Positions 11,996 to 32,130 of a DNA stretch of 64,000 nt are shown here, piece by piece (within the stretch, counting starts at the first letter, position 1; each line of letters begins with the position of its first letter). The notes under the pieces are model-generated. The model was not told the origin of the DNA, searched no databases, and saw nothing but the letters and a program-made list of their open reading frames with translations. The stretch lies in the NCBI RefSeq assembly GCF_009914755.1, contig NC_060927.1. One strand, 5' to 3'. The position numbers and the translations under genes are program-made. This stretch comes from the human T2T-CHM13v2.0 reference genome, Homo sapiens.

Positions 11996-14900
11996 CCTAA
12001 ATACCAATCATCTGATATGCATCAATATGTATCAATCATTTGATCACGGTTAGGTTTTAATTTGGTTAGGCTTTGTTGAATATGCCTGAGATTATGGGGG
12101 TGCCATTGATTAGATAGCACTTAATGATGGTATATGGAGAAGTTACATGGTTGACTGGTGTCCCACAGTGAGATATTGTGTCTTCATTCAGCCCAATAGC
12201 AAACTAAAACATACTTTTCAAAAGGACAGTGGCTTGAAAAGGGCATGTTTGTCCTCAAAATCTAGGAGTTGTCATTCAAATCTTACCAAAGTCTCTATGA
12301 AGCATCATAACCTGTTGTAGACCCATCAAGCCCCATTAAATCTGCTGGATCATAAGGGTCAAGTGTCAATGTCGAACCAGGTGGACCATCTCTATTTCCC
12401 CTTGGCATCATTTAAGTTGATAGTCACTGGAGTCAACAGAAATGGTTAGAGCAGCATGCTGAAATGTATATTATTTTTAAAATTCAAAGAGGCCCACCAA
12501 TCACTGTGACTCTTTCTTAGTGGTAGGGGCCTCAAAGTGAAGCTAGTTTCTATCACTTGGTGGGAATATTGCAATATGCCTCGAGCTATAGATCCTAGAA
12601 ACTTCACTAGAGGGGCAGGCCTCTATTTTTCCATGAAATATATTATTCCCAATATGGCACATACATCTGTCTGTGTAAGAGTGTAGGTCACCTACTACAT
12701 TTTGTTCTCTAGGCCCCAGCAGAGTGGATCAGAGGGCTATGATGTTTTAAAAACTTTTCTTTCCATAAATTTTTTGGCAGATGGTTTGCTATTACCCCAT
12801 GGCTCCGAGGTTTATGCAAATACTCTTTAGGAGGTGTAGGCCTCATTTTTAATTTTCTTTAGGCCATATGTGATTTCTCATAGGCATAACATCAGAAAAA
12901 AAGAAAGGGAAGTAAGTATCTAGGGTGGCAGATTGACTAAGAAGCAGGTAAAAAGAGAGACGTTATGTGTGGCTGTGAAGAAATTAGTAGTGCTTCTGCA
13001 GAAGCAGTCTTAGGTGTGTTTGTTCATGTATTGGCCTATCAACACACAATGGCCAATAGCTTGTTTAATATGTGGTAGTAATCTCAACATTTTTGGGGTC
13101 TTAGAACACTTTACAAATCCATTTAAATCTGTAAATTCTCAACCCAGAAACATTATAAACAAAAAACTCTATATAGATATAAACATTTCACCAACATCCT
13201 GAAGCTAATTTATAGGGGTCCAAAGACCCAAATTAGAATCCATACTCCATGAGTCTGGAGAGGGGTACATATTCAAATAGGAAAGGCCGTGGGTGGCTTT
13301 ATAAAGTTTGGCTTAGAAGGCTGCTGAAAATTATTCACTGTCTTGATAAATAAGGCTGCTTATTTCTCCCAATGGTGTTTCTTTTTATCACTGTCAATAT
13401 TTTGCTCATGGGTTCTTGTTTCTTTCTCTAGATTTGAGTATTGCAATTCTTCATTATGTGCACAGTCTTTGGGAACAAACACCGTAGGTAAACTCTTTAA
13501 ATGAAGCCAGATGCTTTTTAATTTGAACTTGACAGATAAAACAATTTTAGTACAATTATGAAAAAATGAAATATTTATTTCCTTTTTGGAGAGCAATTAC
13601 TGAGTAGTCATTGTGATTTCTGGAAGCCATGCTTCATAGAATAATATCAATATTGCCCTCAAAAATGTTGAGCAAACTTAGTACTGCTAAAGATTGGGTT
13701 GGAATTTATCCTAAAGGGGCTTATAATTTTTTTCTTCTTTTGCCAGTAAGCATTTTAAAATCCCTGGGAAATGACAATATTTTAACATTGTATTTATTAG
13801 TGGGGATAGACTGGTAATTCAAAGTAATTTAATTTCAATAAATATTTACTAAGAACTTACTATGGGGCTCACAGTTTAAGTAAGGCCATCAGAATCTTAA
13901 TAAAAGGCAAAAGTGATTTTTTAAAGATGTACAAGAAAGTTACGTCACACGAGTAGCAAACTCAAATGTGCGAGGGTTTGAGCAATTAGTGGGGATGGGG
14001 GAGGGAGAAGAAAAGACAGAAGACTCATTTGACCTTATCATTAGAAACACTGCTCTTTAAGTGGCACAGAGATAGTTATATTTCAATGTCAAGGAAGGAA
14101 ATTTTTACCATAGCTTACCACTTAGCTATGCTTTGAACAACAGAGTAATAATAAAGGAAATACTGTGTATTGATTTTCAACATTTAGAGTTAACCCATAG
14201 ATTAGATGTAAAATATAAATGTTTTAGACTGGAATGTAAATATTCTCAAACTTGATGATGGAGAAGTATCCTGATTGAGGTAGCTAAAGAGAAAGAGGAA
14301 AGAAACGTGGAGGGATGGTAGGATTATTAAGATCTTTATCTTACATATATGGGGAATAAAGATACTCCATCTCTAGTTGGTGGAAAAATACTGTATTAGT
14401 GATCTAAACTTATAAAGGTAACCAATAGAAAAACTAAAAATAATAATGTAAGCATCAACATTTTTTAGGTTTAGAGTTGAATAATGAAATAAATCTTCAT
14501 CTATCATAGCAATAAGGAAATAAATGATATCTAGATTTGATAAATGAGGAATTCATGGTATAAACCTGTTATTTAAAATAGAGATAATCCTTTGAAGAAC
14601 TCAAGACATAAATTGTTGAATGTGGTTCACTCCAAAGAGTGGGGCAGTAAACCCTTGCTTTTTTGTCATTCGCCTTTGGGGTGTATTTAATATTTTAACT
14701 TTATGCTAAAAAATTTAAAAAATATTTTTAAAAAGAATCAAGCAGTAATGAGAGAGTAATGGATAAGCCAGGTTTTCTGGCCTGGGAGAAGTTGCTTGCT
14801 ATGTGACCATTTGCTGTGTGACTCTGATAATGAAACATGACACCTTTCATGGTCTACACAGAGTGGAGAGTGCTGATCAGATGGATTCTTTTATTGATCT

Positions 14901-16724
14901 GTATAGAATGTTTGTCCTTTCAGTTTGATCCTGATAGCTTTTTAGTCATAGGATAAGAAATGATGTATAACCAGGTACATATTAAGTCAGATGTTAAACC
15001 CACAAAAAAGTCTACTTAAAAATGATGGGAGGAAGTGAGAGCATCAGGAATGGAGTAAGGACTTTAAAAGATCCTCTCCTCCATAAAAGCAGAGATTGCT
15101 GCCCAAAATAGTAAAAATCAATTTTATCCAAATGCTGAAAATTAACCAAATGATTACAATAACCCAGGGAGTATTTACTCAAGAAATGTCTGAATCTTTG
15201 AAAGGACAGCAAACTTTGTGGAGTTTAACTTGCCCCTAGTCCTATACCCTTCTTGCCAGTTCAGTGGTACCCTTAAAGATGAGTAGCCTCACACTTATGG
15301 TAAAAACTGTAGCAGCTTCTGAAGCATAGAATGGGATAGGAGCTCCTCCAAACCCAATATTCATCTAACTGCCATTATTTGACCTGCCTGAAAATTCCTT
15401 AGAAAATCCACTCACAAGGCTTGTCTTTGTTTAACTTGACTGAAAGTTGGCCCAGTGCAAACAGCTTTTTCCCAATGGGCATTTATCTAAAGCAATCAGT
15501 GGCCATTATTAAACATTGCAGCTACCTGAGGTGGTGATAGCAGGTGGGGCAAGCAATAACCCACCCAAAAAATTTAAAAGAAAAATCTAAGGAATGAGAT
15601 GTATATAGGGCACTTTGAAAGGCTTCAAGATATTTCTAGGAATATAGAAAGACAAACACATATGTAGCACTTTGCACATGTTTAGGACTGTGCACCTGCA
15701 CAGGAAAGACCTGAGAAAGCTTTAAACTCACCTTCAGCGGACTTTGAGGCTATATGCAAGCAGGAAGTAAAGACTAAGACAGAGTTGTAAACTACTTGCC
15801 TGAGTATTAAAGATGTGACCCAGCATGTACAGTGAGATCCTCACAAAGTTTAGGAGACTTACTGGTTCTAGGCATTTAAAGAAATCTTTGTCCAATTATA
15901 ATATGACCATTAAGCTAACTGGGCAAAAGACTCCAATGGCCACACACAGCAAATAGTACAAATAGAATTAGAATACAGACTAATTGACAGAATAAGCTCA
16001 AGAAAGTCCTTAAATAAACACATTACAGCAACAATAAAAACAGAGCAAAGACAACAAATTCTGAGAGAGAGATCTGATTTTCAGAATTATATTACTTAAA
16101 TGTCCAGTTTTCAACAAAAAATGATGAGACATACAAAGAAACAATAAAGTATAACTCATACATAGGGAAAAAAAATCAGTCAATAGAAATTGTCTTTGAG
16201 GAAGCCCATTGTACTTATTAGATAAAGGTTTAAATTAGCTATTTAAATAACATAGGTAGAAAGAAAATTTAAAAAATAAACCATGTCTAGCCAACTAAAA
16301 GAAAAGTACGAGAATGATGTCTCATCAAATAGAGAATATCAATAAAGAGGTAAAAATTATAAATAAGAAACAAATAGAAATTCTGGAGTTGAAAAAATAT
16401 AACTGAAATAAAAAATTCACCAGAAGGGCTCAACAGCAGATTTGAGCTGGCAAAATAAAGAATAAGTGAACTTCAAGATAAGTTAACTGAGATTATCCAG
16501 TCTGTGTAAAAGAAAGAATAAAGAAAAAGAGTCTAGGACTCTGTGGACACCATCAAATGTAACAACATACACATAATGGGAATTCCAGAAGAAGAGGAGA
16601 GAAAAAAAGAAAGAGTATTTGAAGAAATAATAGTTTTAGGCAAAAAATTAGATAAATAAAAGGCATCCAGATTGTAAAGAAAGAAGTAAAACTCCCTGTT
16701 TTTACAGATGACATGTCTTGTATA

Positions 16725-17328
16725 TAAGAGGCAGGATAGGTAGTCAAGGTAGTGACCATGTCCTTGGGACACAGCAACTGTGGTGACCATGCAGTCAACA
16801 CAATAAGCCTTGGCATTTGCATTGTAACTGAGTGGATTTAAGCAAAGCTATCTTCAGTGTGAAATTTCCCCTGTAGAGAACATGTGCATTTTGATTTTAC
16901 CTGTCCTTAGACTGATCCTTTGTTCATTATAATAGTGAAAAACACACCCTTGGATGGAGATTTAAGATGCTGTTGAAACATGTGATGTATGAACAAGTAT
17001 GTGCAGCTACTGTGCATATGCACCCAGAGGACCACCAAGAACATGCTTACTAGAAACATCTCTTCCCACCTCTTTATGAATAATCAAGTAAGACTCCCAT
17101 AAAGGGAGTCTCCCTAGAGCCAGGCTTTGCTGTCTCACCCTTATGAGCAGCCCTCCCTGAACTCTCTCTCTCTCTCAGGGTGTAATGTCTATTCCTCACT
17201 TAACTTTCAAAATATTCTTTTCCCTTTGCAATAAATCACTCTATACTGCATCTATATTGCTGTGTCTCCTGTTTAAATTCTTTTAGACTGAGAAGACAAG
17301 AACCATGGTATCACAACAGTCATCAACA
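16725..17328 (+). mobile_element. ERV solo LTR (about 600 bp, probably ERV1 class)
   Basis: Ends in ...aaCA, has aataaa near 17230, is flanked by a 4-bp TSD 'tata' (16721-16724, 17329-17332), and interrupts L1 sequence. Confidence 0.75.
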
Positions 17329-17873
17329 TATAGGGCATACTAAAATTTGATGAAAACCATAAATTCATATATTTAAGAAGCTTAATAAACTTCAGATAGG
17401 ATAAATTCAAGGAGATCCACACCTAGGTATATTATACTCAAAAGCCAAAGACAAAGAGAGAGTCTTAAAAGTAGGAAGAGAAAAATTACTCATCATGTAA
17501 CGGATCCTCAATAAGTTTAACAACTGACTTTTCATCAGAAACGATGAAACCAGGAGGCAGTGGGATTATATATTTAATGTGTTGAAAGCAAAAGGATTTT
17601 ATGCAAGAATTCTATTTACAGCAAAACAATAATATGTTTTAAAAATGAAGATGATATTAAGACATTCCTAGATAAACACAGAGAATGTGTTGGTAGCAGG
17701 CATGCCTTACAAGAAACAACGAAATGAAAGGACACTAGATAGTGACTTGAATCCACATGAAGAAATAAAGAACACTATTAAAGATAACTATGTAGGTAAA
17801 TTTCAAAGTCAAGATAATGTATTTTTTGTTTGTAATTCTTTTTTTTCCTCCTATCTAATTTAAAAGACAACTT

Positions 17874-24273
<6,400 letters not shown>

Positions 24274-24285
24274 AAAAGACAACTT

Positions 24286-26431
24286 CTTAAAAAAATTTTA
24301 ATTTTAATTTTAAGTTTTGAGGTACATGTGCAGGATGTGCAGGTTTGTTACATAGGTAAATATGTGTCATGGTTTTTTGCTGCACCTATCAACCCATCAC
24401 CTAGGTATTAAACCCAATATGCATAAGCTATTCTTCCTAATGCTCTCTCTCCCTCTACCCCATTCCTTAACAGGTCCCAGTGTGTGTTATTCCCCTCCCC
24501 GGGGTTCACGTGTTCTCACTGTTCAGCTCCCACTTATAAGGGAGAACATGTGGTATTTGGTTTTCTGTTCCTGTGTTAGTTTGCTGAGGATAATGGCTTC
24601 CAGCTTCACCCATGTCCCGACAAAGGACATGATCTCATTCTTTTTTGTGGCTGCATAGTATTCCATGGTGTATATGTACCACGTTTTCTTTATCCAGTCT
24701 ATCATTGATGGGCATTTGGGCTGATTCCATGTCTTTGCTATTGTGAATAGTGCTTCAGTAAACATACACCTGCATGCATCTTTGTAATAAAATGATTTAT
24801 ATTTCTTTGGGTATATACCCAGTATTGAGAATGCTGGGTCAGATGGTGTTTTTGGTTCTAGATCTTTGAGGAATTGCAACATCATCTTCCACAATGATTT
24901 AACGAATTTACATTCCCATCAACTGTGTAAAAGCATTCCCATTTCTCTGCAACCTCACTAGCATCTATTGTTTCTCGACTTTTTAGTAATCACCATTCTG
25001 ACTGATGTGAGATGGTATCTCATTGTGGTTTTCATTTGCATTTCTCTAATGATCTGTGATGTTGACCTTTTTTCTTTCGTGTTTGTTGGCCACATGAATG
25101 TCTTCTTTTGAGAAGTGTCTGTTCAGGTCCTTTGCTCAGTTTTTAGTGGAGTTTGTTTTTTTTCTTGTACATTTGTTTAAGTTCCTTGTAGATTCTGGAT
25201 ATTAGCCCTTTGCAGGTGGGTAGCTTGGAAAAATTTTTTCCCACTCTGTAGGTTGCCTGTTTGCTCTGATGATAGTTTCTTTTGCTGTGCAGAAGCTCTT
25301 TAGTTTAATTAGGTTCCATTTGTCAATTTTTGCTTTTGTTGAAATTGCTTTTGGCAATTTCAACATGAAATCTTTGCCTGTGCCTATGTCTTGAAAAGTG
25401 TTGCCTAGATTTTCTTCTAGCTTTTTATAGTTTGGGGTTTTTCATTGAAGTCTTTAATCCTTCTTGAGTTAATCTGTGTACAAGATGTAAGGAAGAGGTC
25501 CAGTTTGAATTTTCTGCATATGGCTAGCCAGTTTTCCCAGCACCATTTATTGAATAGGGATTCCTTTCCCCATTGCTTGTTTTTGTCAAGTTTGTAAAAA
25601 GTCAGATGGTTGTAGTCTTATTTCTGAGTTTTCTATTCTGTTCCATTGGTCTATGTGTCTGTTTTTGTACCAGTACCATGCTGTTTTGGTTATTGTAGCC
25701 TTGGAGTATAGTTTGAAGTCTGGTAACGTGATGCCTCCAGCTTTGTTCTCTTTGCTTAGGATTGTCTTGGCTATACAAACTCTTTTTTGGTTCAATATGA
25801 ATTATAAAATAATTTATTCTAATTGTGTGAAGAATGTAAATAGTAGTTTAATGGGAATAGCATTGAATCTATAAATTATTTTGGGCAGTGTGGCCATTTT
25901 CATGGTATTGATTATTCCTATCCATGAGCATGGAATGTTTTTCCATTTGTTTGTGTCCTCTCTGCTTTCCTTGAGCAGTGGTTTGTAGTTCTCCTTGAAG
26001 AGGTCTTTCACTTTCCTTGTTAGCTGTATTCTTAGGTATTTGATTCTCTTTGTAGCAATGGTGAATGGGAGTTCAATCATGATTTGGCTCTATGTTTGCC
26101 TGTTGTTGCATAGGACTTCTTGTGACTTTTGCACATTGATTTTGTATCCTGAGACCTAGCAGTAGTTGCTTATCAGCTTAAGAAGCTTTTGGGTGAGACA
26201 ATGGGGTTTCTAGATGTAGGATCATGCATCATCTGCAGACAAAGACAATTTGACTTCCTCTCTTCCTATTTGAATACCATTTATTTCTTTCTCTTGCCTG
26301 ATTGCCCTGGCTAGAACTTCCAATAGTGTGTTAATAGTAGTGGTGAGAGAGGGCATCCTTGTCTTGTGCTGGTTTTCAAGGGGAATGCTTCCAGCTTTTG
26401 CTGATTCAATGTGATATTGGCTGTGCGTTGG
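24286..26431 (-). mobile_element. 5'-truncated L1PA (L1PA10-like, older than its neighbour)
   Basis: 3' UTR 'cacctaggtattaaacccaatatgcataagcta'; ORF2 C-terminal fragments in the track; TSD aaaagacaactt at 24274-24285 and 26433-26444. Confidence 0.93.
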
Positions 26432-27074
26432 TAAAAGACAACTTTATAAAACAATAAATCTGTTTTCGTGGTCCTACAATGCATAAAAATGTACTTTATG
26501 TATAATGTCACTATGGAATGGGAGAGAATTGTGCTAAAAGGAATAACATTTTTATAAGTTTGTATTAATCTGAATAGATTGCCATAATTTATGATATTAA
26601 TTGCCATCCCCAGAGAATCACTAAAAATAATTAAAAAATAGTAAAAGAAACCAGGGAATTAAAATGGTACACTAGAAAATATTTAATACAAAAGGAGGCA
26701 ATAATGGAGAAATAGAGGAACAAAGGACATAAAACATATAAAAAACAAATGGCAAAATGGCAGATATAAATTCTACTTTATTAGTAATTATGTTAAATGC
26801 GAATGGATTAAACACTTCAATCAAAAGGCACAGTTTGGCAAGATAAATTTTACAAAATCCAACAATGTTTTGTCTACAAAAGACTTAGTGATCAAAACCT
26901 TGTTACAAAGAAAAGAGCAGGGCCTGATGGTGGATTCACTGGTGAATTTTACAGAATGTTTATAAACTCTTCTAAAATATAGAAGAGGAGGGAATACTTT
27001 TCCACTTGTTGTATGAAGTCAATATTACCCTCATACCAAAATCAAGCAAAGGCATCACAAGAAGAGAAAATTAC

Positions 27075-27370
<296 letters not shown>

Positions 27371-27484
27371 AGACAATTACAGATCAATATTATTTATGAA
27401 CATAGAAGTAAAAATCCTCAACAAAGTACCAGCAAAAGCACAAGCAATGAAATAAAAAATATAAAAAGTTGACTTCATCATAAT

Positions 27485-27848
27485 TGTCTTTGTCTATTTG
27501 GGCTGCTATCACCAAATACCATAGACTAGATGGTTTATAAATAACAGATGTATATTTCTCACAGTGCTGGAGTCTGGGAAGTCCAAGATCATGACACCAG
27601 CAGATTCACTGTCTTGTGAGGGCACGTTTCTTATTTCATAGACAGCTGTCTTCTCACTGTGTCCTCACATAATGGGAGGGTTGAGAGAGCTCTCTGGGGT
27701 CTCTTCTATAAGGTCACTATTTTCATTCATGAAGGCTCTATCCTCATGACCTAATCACTTCTCAAAGACCCCATCGTTTAATACCGTCACATTTGATTAG
27801 GATTTAAACACATGAATTTTAGAGAACAAAAACATTCAGTTTGTAGAA
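27485..27848 (-). mobile_element. MLT1A-type MaLR solo LTR
   Basis: 'gggctgctatcaccaaataccatagact...ctgggaagtccaagatca...catgacctaatcac'; 5-bp TSD ataat at 27480-27484 and 27849-27853. Confidence 0.88.
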
Positions 27849-30800
27849 ATAATTAAAAGCTTTTGTGCTTAAAAGAACAACATCAAGAAAGTGGAATGGC
27901 AACCCACAGAATAGGAAAAGAGATGTGCAAATTATTTATCTATGAGAGACTAGCATCCAGAATATATAACTCTTATAACTCAACAATAAAAAGACAAAAA
28001 ATTAAAATTTGGGCAAAGGATTTACGTATGTGTGTACCTACGAAGATTTACAAATGGCCATTATGCACACAAGGAGATGCTTGACATCATTTACTATTAG
28101 GGAAATGAAAATGAAAAACAAAACAAGATGTGGCTTCACACACAACAATAGGTTGGCTATTACAAAAAAGCAGACAATAACAAGTGTTGGTGAGGATGTG
28201 ACATCACTATAGGTATTGATTGGAATCTATCAATCTAATACCTATAGGTATTGATTGATTGGGATTTCTATTTTTTTGTACTCATTTTTTTTGTACTCTA
28301 TTCTTTGTACTCATTGTAAAGGGGATTATTCCCTTTTACAATACTTAGGTACTTAGATAATTTAGGTACTTAGATAATTCCGCATGGTGATGGGGACTCC
28401 CAGAAGGGAATCTGCACTTCTGATAAAAAGGCAGGTAAGAGTATGAGTGATTATTTGAAGATGTTGTCCTATTTGTACTCCAAGGTGGTAAATTAGTTCA
28501 TAGGGATTGCAGAGAGTAGAGCTGGAAGATTGAGAGAGGGTAGAATATTAATAAATTTTCTGCCTAGAAATCTTCAGTCTACTAAATGGTACATTGGCAC
28601 ATGGTAATAAATGGCTTAATAATATGATGTTCATATATTTCAGATTTCTCATCATGATGTTTTATTTAAATCAGTTAAGGCAGTTGTGCAGGATCTGGTG
28701 AGAGAGTCATTTCTGGTCCAACTCCTATGTTCCTTGGTTGTCATTCTGTTTCCAGATTGTTCCCAGTCTTTCTCTTGTTGCCACAGAGCCAGATATACCA
28801 TTTGAGTTCACATGTAGCATGCATAGAAACCACTTTAGCTGGCCAAGGCAAGATGAATCAGATGGCATTAATATTTTGGGAGAGTATTCTTTTCTTTTTT
28901 CTACATTTGTCATTTCTTTTGACAAATTGCAGATATTTTAAAATCAGAGGGCTGTCACACAACAAAGGAGCCTCAGCCTCTTTTCCCTTTCTTCCAGCTG
29001 AAAGACATTGGAGCTCTCAGGGCACCTGCTTTTGTGGTGCCAACTGCAATTACAGCAAACTCATCAAGAGCAGAAGGAAATGCCTGACCTTGAGCAAAGA
29101 CCTATGATTGTGTAGTGAAAAACACAGGGTGCAATTTTATCTTTTCTAAAGGCCAGTGATAAGGTCTTTTGTTCTTTTGTTGTTTCTAGAGGCTTTCTGG
29201 GAAGGGAATTCATGGCAAATGCTACTGTGGGAATGGTAGGACATTTTAAGGACATAGTGATTTTACATAGACCTATAAGTGGGTGGTGAAGTTTTTGCAC
29301 AAATCTTTTAAAGTACTTGTAACTACTTTTTAGTCTATTTATTGATGTGGACTTACCCTGGCTCTTTTCCAGATTTAGAATAGTATCAGAAGGAATGTGG
29401 ATCTATGGCAAGTTTTCACATAATTAAACATTAGAGAAACTTGAAACAGATTCATTAAAGTGGATTGATTATCATACTTGATTTTCTAACTAGTTTTCAA
29501 CCAAGTTTAATGTTGTAACCTTTAGGAAAATACCGTACTGCATGTTTTCCTTTGTGGAAAGCCGCAGTTGCTGAATTCTTCGAGGTCATGTACGATGGTA
29601 TGAAGCTACACCAGGGATATGCTCTGTATTAGGAATGGTGCTCTCAGCCTATCATGAAATATGTCAGTTTAAAATAGCTCTACCTAAAAGCTGTTCAAAT
29701 GACATATACAAAAGGGAAAAGAAAAGTTAAATACCCTGGGGAACTGCGATGCTTAACTCAAAGGAGTGGTAAGGCCTATTTCACTTACCCTTTCTTCTGT
29801 TATTCTGTCAATCTTCACAACTGTATTTATTTTTAGAATCTTATTCTATAAATTTATGCCTTGTTGCTGCCTTTATTCCCCTTTATGTCATCTGTTAAAA
29901 AAGTCAAGCAGTAGATTTTCACTCATACGAGTAGCCAGCATGTTTATTATGGATATTTTTGTAGTTTGTCCTTCAGATGGCCCCAAATCAATAATTTACA
30001 CCAGCAAAATCAAGCTTCAAATCATATTCCTGCAAGCTGAAGGATATCTCAAAGGGTTCCTTAGCTTCTGTTGCCCAAGATGCTTATGTGTGTAGCAGTC
30101 AGCTATCAGCTGTAGTGTTTCTCTTCCTTCCGATCTAGGAAAGGTTGGTTCAAACCTCAAATATCTTATCCTGTGGCAGTCTCTAAGATCTCTGCAAATT
30201 TCCAGAGGATCTTTTGTTTTATAGAAATTCTGGCATGGAAAGTTTTGGTCCCTGTATTTGTGACCCAGTGTACAATCGTTAAATGCTATCTCAGTTCTTT
30301 ACCACGTAGACATAGATGTAAATCTTTGTGCTTTTCTTAATTTCCTCAAAAGGTTTCCACCAGGCAACTTATGTGCCTGGTAGGTTTAACTGAAAATTTG
30401 GGAGTGGCAGTGGCCTTGGGGAGACAGAATTGGCATTTATTTTTCAGTAACACAACTTCAAGTTGAACACTGCACATTAACCAGTTTTTCCTCCTCCTCT
30501 GTCTTTTCTTTTCCCCCCGTTCTTCTCCATCCCATCCCTGCAGGAGCAAAATTACTCTTGTTTTATCTCAAACACAGCAGTTCAGCCACCCCGAACCCTA
30601 CAAACATTCATGCTGTTAGATTTCACCTCCCTCTCTAGGTGGGGCATTGCAAATAAAGACATTTTCTTCTTTAAAAGATGTTCTTGTATCCACTCTAAAA
30701 AGGATACATTATTTTCCACTTCTGATATTCAGATATCACCCAAACAATCAGATTTCTGTGGGGGTTATTATAAAGGTAAAGCTCTCAACAGTGACTGTAA

Positions 30801-31204
30801 TTTTGGAGAACATCAGGCTCTGGTTGAGAGATTCAAAAAGTCCAAGTGTAAAATTAATATGATGTGCAGTATAATTTCATTTAAGGCCAAGTGCCAGTGA
30901 ATCCATTATGATGCCCTCTTGCTCACTTTTGATTTTTCACAAGAATAGAAAATTATCTGAAAACCAATCCTGTGGTTGATCAATTTATTGGTTTTTCTCT
31001 TCTTCTGGGAAATGTATTCTGTCTAAAAAGTGATTTCAGGTATTTGTATTAAGTGGATTATTTGTATTTGTATTAAATGGATTAAAATCTCACTTTCTCC
31101 CATGCCAGATAACATTAAGAATATAGGGAAATATAAACTAACTTATTAATTGGCAGGTTGAAATCACACCAGACCTACTCTCTTTGCCTTGAAGATAAAC
31201 TGGT

Positions 31205-31404
31205 AATAGATAGGTACATAGATATAGATAGATACATACTCTATTGCAATACATATTTACATATACAGTAAATGTGTATATATGTATGTATATGCATGTA
31301 TAATGCATATGTGTTTTTATACATATTATATATACACAATATAATATACATATAGTAAATGTAAGCACATATGGGTGTGTGTGTGTGTGTGTATGTGTGT
31401 GTGT
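31205..31404. repeat. TA-rich low-complexity tract followed by (TG)n
   Basis: tatatgtatgtatatg... then gtgtgtgtgt at about 31376-31404. Confidence 0.85.
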
Positions 31405-31804
31405 TGTTTTTTAAAAATTAGGTGCTCAGGCAAAGAGATGTCTACTGAGATAACGCCAGGTGGAAAGGCCCAAGACCTCAGTCCCGCGAGATATTAAAGA
31501 TGGAACTAGTATTCCTTGTTAACTAAGTTTCTTTAAAGGCCCAGAACTCCTCTTGCTCTAGAATAGGTCTAGCTATGCCTACAGCTTCATTACCTTCTCC
31601 AAATCTTGTCTACCCTTAATTTGTCTCAATATTCCCAAGTTATAGTGACTGACGTATTATTAATCCTTAGATTGATATGGTAATCCACTCGTACTCCCTC
31701 ATACCCTAGGACATTTTGGTGCTTCTAATGAAAAGTTTATGAAAGGGAATACTACGTGGAGTTGATCTAAGATTTTTTTGGTCGATGATCCCATGAAATA
31801 AAAT

Positions 31805-32130
31805 ATTTGTTATCAAGCCACAAAAAGACATGGGGGAAACTTAAATGCATATTTAAGTGAGATAAGTCAGTCTATAAAAGCTATTATATACACTGTCTGA
31901 TTTCAACTAAGTGACATTCAACTCCTTTGGGTGAACACAAAGGAGTATGATTTCTGACTCATATGGTAAGAGTATGTTTAGTTTTGCAAAAGGCTTCCAA
32001 CTGTCTTCCACAGTGGCTGTACCATTTTGCATTCTCATCAGGAAGAAGTGAGAGTTCCTGTTGCTCCACATCCTCACCAGCATTTGGTATTTTCAGTGTT
32101 TTTGATTTTTGTGATTCCAGTAAGTGTGCA
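31805..32130. mobile_element. Two abutting L1MB-type fragments in opposite orientation (+ about 31805-31919, - about 31920-32130)
   Basis: 'aagccacaaaaagacatgggggaaacttaaatgcatat' on + and 'gttcctgttgctccacatcctcaccagcatttgg' on -. Confidence 0.7.

Larger units (their letters stand above)
10790..12730 (-). mobile_element. ERVL-class internal pol remnant
   Basis: Minus-strand translation of about 12480-12620 gives 'PAPLVKFLG' and 'APTTKKESQ*LVGLFEF', matching ERVL RT 'SVKFLG...PPTTKKEAQRLVGLFGF'; many stops and frameshifts; left boundary approximate. Confidence 0.65.

Noticed and set aside
1-14999. Many 60-103 aa ORFs
   Set aside because: They overlap degraded repeats or AT-rich DNA, with no domain similarity or exon structure I can support
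28207-28378. Short repeats as a CRISPR-like array or DNA transposon termini
   Set aside because: No constant repeat with unique spacers, no cas genes, no TSD/TIR pair, and a primate genomic context
29520-29660. Possible minus-strand coding exon (CpG-containing stretch with AG/GT-like borders)
   Set aside because: All three frames contain stops and no protein is recognisable
28727-30900. ORFs of 96-126 aa in unique sequence
   Set aside because: No recognisable homology, several use non-ATG starts, and the lengths are compatible with chance
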